A stretch of 64,000 nucleotides of DNA from Carpediemonas membranifera BICM. Its lineage: Eukaryota > Protista > Fornicata. The stretch lies in contig JAHDYR010000032.1 in NCBI GenBank assembly GCA_019828565.1, forward strand, positions 62,001 to 126,000, written 5' to 3'. The translations under genes and the position numbers were made by a program. This document shows, in pieces, positions 48,400-60,400 of the stretch (the first letter of the stretch is position 1; every line of letters begins with the position of its first letter). Below the pieces are notes generated by a model. That model worked only from the letters and a program-made list of their open reading frames with translations. It was not told where the DNA came from and ran no database searches.

Positions 48400-50567
48400 T
48401 CGGCGGAATCGTCTCAAGTCGAGGGGATCGGTTTAGTGGTGTGGTGGGCGCCGAGCCGTCCGGCAGCCCTGAGGCTGGCCTGGGCGACTCTGGCTCTCCC
48501 GGGGATGTTCCACCACTACCACTTCGACCGATATACCTGCGGGCGGCTTCCATGGTCGACTGACCCAGACGCCGCATCACCGGGCTCAGCCTGCCCGTGA
48601 GCTGGTGCTCTGCGTCGGCGACCGAGCGCCTGAAGGCGTGCGATGTGACGCCCGGCTGCACCTCCTTCGTTGCGTCCGAGACGAGCTTCGCCCATGATCG
48701 GCGCTGCATGATCCTGCCGTCGACCTTGGGGAAGAGGATGAGGCGCTTGTCCGCTGTGCGGCCCGTACCCTTCTTGTCCCACTCCGCCTGCTTGACCTTG
48801 CGAGCCTGGCAGTATCTGACCAGTTCCTTGCCCTGATCCGACTCGAGTTGTGACTCGGTGAACTGGAAAGGCTCGTATTCGACGCCGTTGCTGCCGACTT
48901 GCTTCGGTTGCGACAAATGAATGGAGATGGACGATAGATCGTCCAAATCTTCCTCTCGGACGACGATATTGGCCTCGTTCGCACGGGAGCCCACGAAACT
49001 GAGCAACAAAGCGACCGCCACGTTGCGGAAAGGCGCCGACCAGCTCTCATGCTCACGTGCCTTCATCACGAGACCGACAATGAGTTCATCGGTGACTGGC
49101 TGGAGCGATTTCGTCTTCGCGTCCGTTCTCGCAGCCCGCTTCCGTTCCGAAATCTTGTGGCCCAGCGCACGCCAGATCGGGTCCTCATCCGACACGACGA
49201 CTCCACGAGACCGTGCGAACTCCCGCACGTTCGCACGATACTGGGCTACCGTCTCACCTCGAAGCCCCTTCGTCTCGGCGGAGTCGACAACAAACTCAAC
49301 GAGCTGGGCAACCGTCGGTACCCAGGCATCCGCGCCATCCTGCGTCCAGCCACGCTCGGCAGCGAAGCGGATTATGGCCTTCTCAGCACTGACGCGCTTC
49401 CGAGCCGTTGCGTCCGTCAGCCCGGTCGCGAGGAAACTGGCAGACCGCGCAGACAGATCCGGTCCTGCGACTCGCTGCAGCCGCAGAGCCAGCTGCTCCT
49501 GGCTCTTCGACCGGGGCCGACCTGATGCACCCTCGCCCGCCTCCTCCTGTGACTCAGAGAGGACCAAGGTGTGGGATTCCGCGCCGAGGGTGAGGTGGAC
49601 GCGTATGCCGCTGTCCCGCATGAGGTTCCACCACGGAGGGAGATGCGCCGAGGCTGGGATCGTCACCTTCAACGTGGCCGGGCGAACACCTGTGGGTCGG
49701 TCGAACCACGCCCTGACGGCCTCATCCGCGGTTCCACCTGCGAACAGCACCCAGGACGCACCGGTCCATCGGGGCATGACCGGCGACACGGCCCCGTACT
49801 GTTCACGAACACCGCTGATCGCTGTGTTGGCCAGCTTGTCCTCTCCGGCCAAGTCTGCCTGTCCGGTGACCTCGTCCAGCTGGGCCACCGACCCCTCTGT
49901 CACAGGCTGCCCCGACTCGTGGGCGGTGATGATGATGTCGCGCACGAGTGACGACCGCCCCTGGAAGTACGACGCGCCGCTCTCGTTCCTGGGCCGGCCC
50001 ACCCACTCTGCGGGCGGGACCATCAGTGGGACAAGGTGCGGCTGCTGGGTTGAGAAGAACCTGGTGGTGAGGTCCCTCACGTCGCACTGTGCGGGGCGCC
50101 ATGCCTTCAACGCGCTCGCCCGCTCCGACTCACACTCCGCGTACTGGAGCCGGGAGACGGCGTCTGCGATGTTCTCCGTTGTCGGGACGTAGAATACTAG
50201 AAGGTCAAGGTCCAGACGCTGGACGGTCGACCACACCTCCTCGCAGCGCTTCAGGATGGGGGACGACTTGGTGAACCCCTTCCTCAGCGCATGATACGCG
50301 TTGGTGTTGTCGATGTACAGCGCTACGCTGGTGCCCGGGCGGACGTCGAGACGGTCGAGCGCCATGGAGACTGCCTGCACCTCCTTCGCCGCGATGATCT
50401 CGTCGGGGTCGGCCCCCTCCTGGGCCATCATACCAGTCCCAAGATCGATCGCTCCGAGTTGGCCATCCGAAGCATCTGTGGCCAGGACAAGGCCGAGCGG
50501 CCTGACGGCTAGGCGCCGCCAGGCGTTTGCCTTCGCCGCGTCTACGATCATAGCCGCCGCTGCCTTG
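48400..50567 (-). CDS. DIRS-like RNase H + degenerate methyltransferase-like region + tyrosine recombinase
   Basis: LATDAS, YIDNTNA, YVPTTENIADAVSR (RH); VMPRWTGASW (MT-like); VGSRANE, SHAFRR, ARRYI (YR catalytic R, HxxR, Y). Confidence 0.85.
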
Positions 50568-53500
50568 TGTGGTCAGTCCTGGACACAAGGGAACCAATAA
50601 AGACTTTAGAGAGAATACTGCCATATCCTGCACCAAATGTGCAGGATAATACCTGTTGTGACCTGAGTCACACCACACTGCCCCTCCAAGGGTCATCTTG
50701 ATAGAGATGAGCCTTGACAAAAGTATGTAAGGTGAGCTGTTGCGTCTGGTGACGCGACATGTGACGGAACCTTCGTTGCTCGATGTCATAATGTTTTGAG
50801 ATATCAAAAAGATATTCCGACACCACATGTGGACCGCACGGCCGACCGTTCGGCTCTAAGCTGTCCGATGTACTTGCTGCGATGAAGGAACTGATGTGGT
50901 GGCTGGGTTGTAGATGTTACTGCCCCTCCACGGTCGTCTAAGTGACGGCCGTAACACATGTAGGCAATGATTGGGAAGTTGCTGCGGCGGCGAAGAAACT
51001 GATCGAATCAGAAAGAGAAACCACCTGGTGAAGACTAAAAAAAACCCCGAAACCGGAAGAAAAAAGGTCATTGCTGAGTAAAATCTGAGCTGTCTGAAGC
51101 GCTCAAAGGGGTTTGGGAAGAGAACCACCCGGCGCTCACGTAAAGGTGAAGCCGGAGAAAGCCACACTAGTTCGATTTGTGGCGACAGATGACTGCGCTG
51201 TGCATGCGCAACATTTCGTGTCGGGCTCAAGGTCCAGACGAAGCGGCCAAACCTGTCGAAAGACTGGTCAGGCGCGTTTGTTCTGACGGCTCTATAATAG
51301 CCACGTATGGCATGACGCTGTACGTCTTTGAAAAGGGACTGTCTCTTGGGACGTATCCAACCACACTTAAGCAAAAGCTTAAGGTAGCAGGCTACTCTAT
51401 TACTGACACTCATCTATAGGACAACTCGGTCCTCGATGCAGGGTCTCATCGGTCAAGCCTCTAACCGTAAGCTTGGCCACCCCATCGCCTCCAACTGTGG
51501 TCTTGGGGCCGGTCTAACCCGTCCACCATTTGGACATATACCATTCAAACGACGGTACTGCTCCGAACACAACCGTTCTCCGGGATGACGTGTCGGACTG
51601 CGGGTTTCAACCCTGGCCCACTGACTCGTTGCGGCTCATGTTCCATCATAGTCTATCATAGACTGCCTGCCGTGTATTCAGGCTTATGAATGAGTCGGGC
51701 TTACCTATCGAACGATGGCCTAGGCTCACAACCATTCAAGACAACAGCACAGCGATGAGCACCCGACTGGGCTCAGCTCTAACTCGCTGGTGTGTAATCA
51801 TGACTAATCGCTGTCAGCGAGCGCCGTTAATCGGCCTGGCTCAGACCTGATAGCTTAATAGAAGAGTGTTGAACGACACTCGTGTGCTAGGAGCATACAT
51901 GCTCGCTCAGAACATGCTCCGTAACAACCGTACTTGCCACATGGCCTTTCCGGACGCTCAGGTGTGCAGAGCCCGTCGGCAAAGCATCCATTACCCGAAC
52001 CTTAGATGGCGGTCCCAAGGTGTCACACACAGCCGTGTTGTCGTCGGGCGTGCACTCCCTCAGACTCACCGCACCGTGGATCAACGCTCAGCTGACCACT
52101 ACCACCCGTCCACAGACCTACTGGTCTGGATCGCGATATATATCAAGTTGTTGGGATCCCTATGTAAGTAAGCGACACCCCTATACTGGCTAACTGCCAA
52201 GCCGGTGCAAAATAGAGATGTCGAACGACAGCTCAAAGGCTTGTAGACACTCATGTGCTATACAAAACCTACCTGGCCTCTGCGCCTACTCAGAGCATGC
52301 AAGATGCTCCGTTGTTCGACACAGCTCACTGGCCGTCTCCACCGAGGATTAACCTCCTGGTGAGACCGATTGGATGAACTACGAACGTAGTTTCGACGAG
52401 TTATAAATGTACATGTAACGTTAAAGCGCACCGGTGCTGACTGAACATGGGTAACCTACCTTCCGGTACAGGTTGGGTGTTAGGCTGAGTACGCTTGACT
52501 CAGGATACTATGAAGTGCTTCTTGCACTAGTAGATGACTGTCGGCACAGCTTATGTCACAAGCCTGGCTGACATTGCGAAGGCTTGACTGCTGTGACGGC
52601 TATTCGGCACTAGAACTGTCCGCTTCGAGATGAGCGACGACTCATTGGCCACTCGATCGTGTGTCGCATCACTACATGATGCTGTCAATTGACGGTAGCT
52701 GGACATTGCTCAGGCGGCTGGGGATGTCTCTCGTACTTGCGGGTGGACTCACTCGCTCGGCCGAGGCGGATGGTTAAACATCGGGTGTGTACTGCTTGGG
52801 CTAACCCTTGCTCGCGGGCACGGCTCCTACGTAGCATAAGTATACGCGGTTGATTAGGTCATCCGCTGATGACTGTCGACCTAGGCTGGCTGTCTAGTGT
52901 CCGGGACATGGGTAGCAGAGTGCTCGGGAGACAGACCTGTCTCAGGGGCATACGGAAACTCTGCAACGTTTGCTTAGTGTAAACGACGATACAATCCACG
53001 ATAAGTGGAGACTCTAGGAAGTGGGTGAACCACGGGTTGAGATGCATCGACACTACCCTCCATCTGGCTGAGTCTCTAGTTGCTGGCTGACCTGACGGGT
53101 CGCAAGTATTGTGCTAAACGCGCTTGGTTCGTCTCTCGCTGGCGCGAATGAGAGTCATTACGACCTCTCTCGAGTGTCCTGTGACACCGAGTAACATGCA
53201 AGGTTGATTGAAGAGGCTGTAGGGCACTGTCACCCCGACTGGGTGGTGCCTGAAGATCCCACAGATGTGAAAGGAAGGTTAAGTTCGTGAGGCAAGGCGC
53301 TGCCAAGCTCTTAGTTCCACTGCTAGTCAGCAGGCGTCGAAGGTGTATCCGCCCTCCTGTGGCGGAGACTTATGGGTAACCGGTGCGAACACGCACGGTG
53401 GGTGGACTTTTAGTCCTGGTGTTGGCCTCGTATGTCAGTACGAGAGGGCTTATCTGGCTTAGTGTTGATACTGCGGACGTCTTCGAGGGTGACTGCTGGG

Positions 53501-55468
53501 TCTACCGCTCGTCAAGAAGGTTATCAGCCTCCTCCATAGCTCTGTCTCCTAGTAGAGATATCATGTGGCGACGTGACGACATGAGTTAGATACGATATGA
53601 GTACTCTGCAGCATGACATGACGGATGATCTCCGGGTCTGCCCGAAGGTACCATTGATGACTAAGTGTTAGGGTGCCAGAGGCTGCTCGCCTCTATTGGC
53701 CTGAAGGTGTTGTACTGAGAGGATGGGCGCATCGCTGGAGGACGGGCCGACATGTGTTCGAGCTGCAACATGCTCGCGATACCCGTGAGTTGCTCGTCAC
53801 GGGATGAGGTGATAAAATACGACCATACTAGACTGGTCGTGGTTTCGGTACAAGTCTCACAGAGGAAGGGACCCGTGAAACTACTATCTAAACTCGTTGA
53901 AGAGCTGCTATGCGCGGTAACGCTGCCCCTCCGCGGCTCTGAAGTACTTTGTGTTGTCGCCGCGTTGTTGTCTGATGACTGTTGGTCTCGTGTCTACTAA
54001 ATTGACTTCAAGCAAGGATGCCGGTCATGATAAGTGGAAGCTAAGTAATTACCTTACCTGAGTTTGGCGGGTAGCACAGCTAGCCTTGACAAAAGTGCGA
54101 GCCATTGTTGCTCAAATGGAGATGCTCGCGCCATGGGGTGAACGATGGCAAGCGCGATACAGTTGACAGCAGATGGGGTGTCTGCCCAGGCTGTCGCGTA
54201 CTGAGGATGTGGATGAGCAGCGGTCGAGCTTATCGTTGCTCTATGACGCTGGTTGCCCCTGACAGGGAATTGCGGAGACGGTGGCGTGCTAGCTCTATTG
54301 GTTCATGCCGTGTTGCTGTACGTGGAAGGGACCTGCAAGCTGGCGAGTTCGCACATGTTCGGGGATAACTGGAGAGCAAACCTTGAAGCTGCTCAATACG
54401 GGTGCTGTTTCAGCACTGTGTGGATAGAAGGATATAACTGGCCGTCTAGGACCCACTGCTAGCAGTTACGTGCTCCACATGCTCTGCTGAGCATTTGTTA
54501 GGAAGGTATACATGGCCTCATGTAGACATATAAATAGTGTGGATCGCTCCCACGACTGTAGGAACCGAGCTTGGTGTCCCCAGATGGGTCGTTACCTCTT
54601 TCGGTTTTTCATCGTCGATGATGGTAGTTGCCTGTCTGGCTTGGGCCATTGGCCCTGTGCCACTCTTGCTCATGGTCTGCTGGATGACCCGAATGATGTA
54701 TGACTTGCTCTGGGCGCATGTGGCCAAGCTGCTACTCTCTAGGTAGCTCTGGATGATGGTTGGGGACGATGATTCTGGAGGTCTACGTTGGTCAAAGTCG
54801 TGCGTGGGTCTGTCAGTGAGTCTACTGGGGTCACTGCCCCTTCTTGGCTTCTTCTCGCACTGTCTCGGGGTGTTCGATTTGGCTGGAAGTGGAAGTGGCT
54901 GGCTCCTCGGCGTGGTTTCGGTTTGTTTTGCCTTTTGGCGGCTTTGGTGGTGCTTATTCCTGGTGCTATCTGCACTGTATCGGCTTGTGCTTGGCCTGGC
55001 CACTGGTCTCGTTGCTGGTCTCGGTCGATTGCCCTGAAGGAGCTTGATTGGCGCTCCAGAGCTGGTATTGCGGTGCTGTATCGTTTGTTGGAGCTTATTG
55101 AAGCTTGGTTACTGGTATTGGCCTGTTGTTTGCTTGTATGCTATAGTGCATTGGTGGAAGTTGATGGTCTTGTTGAACTAAACGCTCTAGACTTGTTGTT
55201 GCTTGCGAATTTCAGTTGAACTGTCGACACCGCGGAGACATTTGCATTGCGCTAACGGAAGAAATTGGTTCTGGTGAAAATGTCAATTGATGTTGCTTAT
55301 ATTGATTCTCCTGCGCCAGGACCGTTGAGCTCATCTCCTCCGGAAGAAATGATATCATTGTGGTCAGTCCTGGACACAAGGGAACCAATAAAGACTTTAG
55401 AGAGAATACTGCCATATCCTGCACCAAATGTGCAGGATAATACCTGTTGTGACCTGAGTCACACCACA
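50568..55468 (-). mobile_element. L: non-autonomous LTR element with decayed interior
   Basis: Identical 110-bp LTRs at 50568-50677 and 55359-55468; TSD CTTG; PPT GGAGGGGCAG. No ORF over 190 aa in the 4.7-kb interior. Confidence 0.92.
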
Positions 55469-56974
55469 CTTGGCAACCTCGTCGAGGTGGACCCTGGCAC
55501 GCGTCCTGTGACCAGCTTCAGTCGCTTCTAGGCAGTGTCTGATGGGGGCTGCCCAGACGCGGACCATCGGGTAGGCCCAGTAAGCGAACTCCAACTTGCC
55601 TAGCAGCGTGCGAGCCTCCTGCATGCTGAGGGCAGCGCCGGGACGTAGCCATCCCTCCAGTGCCTGGACCAGGCACTCTGCCTTATCCGCCGGCAGCCTG
55701 ACCATCTGCTCCGGGTCCGCCTGCCACTCCAACCCTCGGAACACGACCTGGTGGGCTGGCTGCCTGGTCTTCCGGGCCGACTCGGCGAACCCCGCAAGAC
55801 GGAATGCGCCGATCGCCACGTGGGTATCCGTTGCGGCGGCGTCATCGATGAGGTGGTCGACGGAGACGCCGAGGGCCCGCACTAGACCCACGACCGGCTG
55901 GGTGAGCATCGTGAAGGCCTCCGGAGAGGTGGAAGACCCCATGCTCAGCACCTTGAAGCGCCAGACGTCATCACCCAGGCGGAAGGCGAACCGATTGCAC
56001 TCACCCTCGGCGAGCGGCACTTGGAAGAACCCTTTCTCGAGGTCCATAGTGCCCGCCTCACCTGCGCGGAGGAAGAGCGGCGGAAGCGGCTCGTAGGAGT
56101 AGCACCTGCGGCCCAGGTAGGTATTCTGATGTCGAGCATTGAGGATAGGACGCATTGTGCCGTCCTTCTTCATCTCAAGCCGGAATCGTCCAGTGACGAT
56201 ATCCCCTAGCTCGACATCCGGGACCCTCTCGGTGAACCCTGCCTCCTCGAGCTCGCGCGCCACCGCGAGCGCCTTGGGCAGCATGTCTTCCGTGAGGTAC
56301 CCCGCAGAGTCCTCATCGAATGGGGGCGGGGGTGCCACCCACGGCGGCGTGTAGCCGCTCATGGCCCACTCGACGACCTCCTCTGGTGCGTTCATGGCGT
56401 CTAGGAAGTCGGGGTCCAAGGCGCCACCCGGGCGGAAGGGGACCTGAGGCGCCACCCTCAGTGTCTGCTTGAGCGTCTCCACGCACAATGGATCTGCTCC
56501 CTTCCACCGGTCCGCCATCACCGCATGGACCAGTTCCAACACGGCAGCCCGACCCTCTACGGTGGCGAGGGCCTGGGCGACTTCGGCGGGCTCGACGGGG
56601 ACCCTGAGGTCTCCGGAGGCTTCATTCGGCTCTACGGGGGCTTGACCCCCGGAGACTGCGTCCTGAGATGCCTCGGCGCTGGGCTCGAGGACTCGCGGCT
56701 GCTCGACGCCCAGCTGGGCGGAGACTGATGCCGGCTCGACTGGACCCATACTCGTGGCGGACCCGGAAGGTCGGAGCATGCGCGCGCTCGACGGTGGTAG
56801 TCGACCCACCGGAGACTGAGGCCATCCCAGGCCGCTCGACGTTGTTTCCAACGGAGACTTCGGCGTCTTGGGCTGACACCGGCTCAACAGAGGCCGACGT
56901 AGGTCCTCTGGAGACTTTCCCCCGCCTTCTCCTGTTCTTCTTCCGTTCTCGTGACGCGGCCCGCGTATCTCCAC
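55469..56974 (-). CDS. DIRS-like reverse transcriptase (5' part of the RT-RH-YR ORF)
   Basis: RPILNAR, MDLEKGFFQV, FKVLSMGSSTSPEAF, HLIDD, VVFRGLEW, LLGKLEFA. Confidence 0.88.
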
Positions 56975-57488
56975 AACCTAACTCAACTCGGCTCGGCTCA
57001 ACACAATACGGTTGGCGTTTACTCTTCATTCGGGAATACTTCCTCGGGATCTCGTGAAGAGAGTCGGAGGTGAGCCCAGCTGCTGCACCGACCTCTCCAC
57101 GGAGCTCCCTCAGGTTCTCCACCGTCAGAGCAAACCCATCGATATCGAACCTGCGCATGCGGCTAGCAAGGAGGTTAACGACGTAGGAGACCCCCTTGGC
57201 GTCAGGGACCTTGCGGAGTAGCTCGAGAGTGTCTAGCATCAACCACAGCTGCTGGGAGTCACAGCTGGGCGGCTCGTCGTAGAGGGGAGTACGCTCGTCC
57301 TCCCATTTGATGGCTGTCGGGGCCTTGCCACCATTGGCGATGGTAAGTCGGGCGTCGCGCACGGAAGAGCGGCCAAGCACCGCGGAGGATATTACGGACA
57401 TGAAGGACTGCGATGTCTGAGGATTCTGGGACCACAGCCCCGCCCCCTCGCGGGCACTCTGGGGCTCGCGCTCGACTCGGGAATTCTG

Positions 57489-60400
57489 TGAAGTCTGGAA
57501 ACAACAAGTGTGAAGTGTTTAAGGGGTATACCTCCTACTGGTGATAATGGCTCTAACTGCGTCTACATAATCATGTAAATACCACACTACCCCTCCTCCA
57601 TCAGAGCCATGCTTCTATTTCCGACTCTGACCGACTTTGCGCAAATGCTCGTCAACGCACTTTGCAAGTTGGCTATGGTCCTCCATGTACTTCAATAACA
57701 CGATGTTGGACCGCATGTCTTCGTCTGTTGCCACTCTCCAGGTGTCTTCGCTGGCTTCGAATCCCAGCCACCTGCACCTCACTTCCGGTGTCCTGTTGGC
57801 GTCTCTTCTAATCCTCCAGTCCACTATCTTCTTGATATACGCCTGGCTTCTATCTAAGGCGCATGCTACCTTGGCCTTCTCTTCGCTCCACTCTCCCTCG
57901 GCGACTTTCAGGTGAGAGACGTGCTTCTGATACGTCTTCTTCGTCTCTGGGTCTCGCACAACGTACGAGTTCGCCTTCCCGGGGACCTTCCTGACCACCA
58001 TCAACGGTCCGCGCCACTTGAGGTCGTACTTCTTGCGAATCTCCGCGTCGCGATCCACGAAGACCCAGTAACCCGCTGCCACGCGCGACTCAGGGTGCTG
58101 CCGCTGAATGTCAGCCGCTCGCTTCTGGCTGTCCTGCTTCTTCTTCGCCGCTGTCTGCTCCATATTCCTTCTTCTATTTTCTTCGTTCTGGATCATCCTG
58201 CGCGCAGCCTCCACCTCCTCCATCCTCTGTTCCTTGAGCTTGTCCACGGTCGCTCTGGTTCCATCCGCCACTACCAGTCTCCACGCCGACGACCCGGTCG
58301 CCCTCGAACGCGCCGAGTTGATGATGTTCTGGATCGACGGGAGCAGACCCTTCCATCTCCTGGTCTGCCGTTCATACATCTCGCACCGCAGGTGGCGGTT
58401 GACCTCTTTGTTCCACCGCTCGACCACGCCGTTCTCCTCGTGGTAGTACGGCGTCGTGTGGTTGACCCGCGCCCCGGTCTCCCTGGCCCACGCGTGAAAC
58501 TCGGTCGATGCGAACTGCGACCCGTTATCTGCTACCCACTCGACCGGCATCGGGAAGTGGGTGAGGTAGAACCTCTGCAATGCCTCGATGGTTTCTCGTG
58601 ACGACACCGTCTTCAGCGGGACCAGGGTGACCCATCGCGACGTTTCTTCCACAACTGTCAGGATGTTCCGGTACTCGCCGTCGGCCTCTTTCATGACGAT
58701 GGTGTCCACGAACACTCGACCATACGGTCCCAGCGGCTCGCGCGGCGCCGACTGGTACGGGTCGCCCCCCATACCCGACTTCTGGCACACGGGGCATCGT
58801 TTGACCATCGTTGACACGTCAGCTTCGGCTCCGTCCCAAGACAGTCCGATGTCCTCAAGCTTCCACAGGGTCTGTTGCACCCCATGGTGGCCCTTCCCAG
58901 CGCCGTGTACCTCCTTGAACCTCGCTTCCTTCTGACTCTCCGGCAGTGTCGGGCTCGCCTCCTGTGTCGTCCTGAACTCGTCTACTCTGAACAGCAGTTG
59001 CCCCTGCGGTCTCGGCTTGCTCTCTTCTGTCTCAGCGCCGGCTGCCGCTGGGCCATCCTCGTCTGACTCCGTCCGACTCTGGTCCGGAATGTCCTCCTGC
59101 TCCTGCTTCGCTTGCTCTCTGCGAGCGCCGCCCTCGATAGCCCGTCGGCGATCTCGTTAAGGCTGCCCGGCACGTGCTCCACGTCGAATTTGTAGTTGGC
59201 GAGCTCGAGTGCCCACCGCTGCACCATGTCGTCATTGGCGCCCCACACGTACGCGAGGTTCCTGTGGTCACACCACACCTTGAACTCCTGCGTTGCCAGC
59301 AGACGCCGAGCCTTGCGGATCGCGTGGACAATGGCGAATGCCTCCTTCCTATACGTGCTCCACCTGCGCTGCGAGCCGGACAGTGCCTTCGACAAGAACA
59401 TAATCGGCCGCTTGCCGCCCTCGTCCTCCTGCATCAGCACCGCGCCGACCCCCTTGTCCGACGCGTCCGTGTACAGCGCGAGTCTCTTCGCCGGGTCCGG
59501 GTGTGTCAGCACCGGCGCGCTCGTGACCGCCTTCTTCAATGCCTCGAGCGCCCTGTCCTGGTCCGGCCCCCACGGCGGCGCGTCCTTGAGCTCCATCCTC
59601 CTGATCGGCTCGGCCAGGTCCGCGTACGCCGGGATGAACTTCGCGAAGAAGTTGAAGATACCCAGGAGAGCCCTGACATCGCTGACGTTGTGCGCCGGGG
59701 CGAGCTTCTGTACACCCTCCACCCTCCACTCAGGCACGGACCGTCCCTCCTTCGACACAGTCCAGCCCAAGTACTCTACCTCGTCAAGGTTGAAAGCGCA
59801 CTTCTTCTCGTTAAGCTTGATCTTCCGCTCCCTCACCCGGTCCATGACATGCCGGAGGTTGGCCTCGTACTCCTCCACCGTCTCCCCGAACACCAGGATG
59901 TCGTCAACGTAGATGAGGCAGGCCGTCCCCAACATGTCCGCGAACGCCTCCTACAGCGCTGCCTGCATATGGCCCGCCGCCGTCGACAACCCGAACGGCA
60001 TCGTGTTATAGGTGAAGTGGCCGTCGGGTGTGGTGAACGCCAACAGCTCCTGCGTCCCCTCCTCGACCGGCACCTGGTGGAACGCGCTGCTCGCGTCCAA
60101 GGCTGCGAACTTGACCTTGCCCTCCAGCATCGTCATGATGTCGTCGATGGCCGGGAGGTCGTGCTGGGGATCCTCGATGAACTTGGTCAAGCGGATATAG
60201 TTGATACACGGGCGCCACTCCCCACCCTTCTTCTTCGCCATGACCACGCGCGACGACCAGGGCGACTTCGACCTACGGATGATCTTCGCCTCTTCCAGCT
60301 TCTTGAGGTGCTCCGACAGTGCCTGCTCAATCTCCGGCTGCCGCCTCCTCGGCAATTCGAAGTAGGGCACCGCATCATCACTCAGACTGATCTTGTACGG

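Larger units (their letters stand above)
33166..48400 (+). mobile_element. F: chromovirus split by G and H (5' LTR 33166-33275; gag 33291-34188; PR-RT-RH 40470-42004; RH-IN-chromo 46866-~48400), 3' end lost
   Basis: Frames rejoin across both insertions (PGVQ|GVRALFDTGA; TYDQE|GYAII). CSFCGKSGHTADRC, YIDD, QSDNA, FIVDRI...IEWSGYEPEE. Confidence 0.9.
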
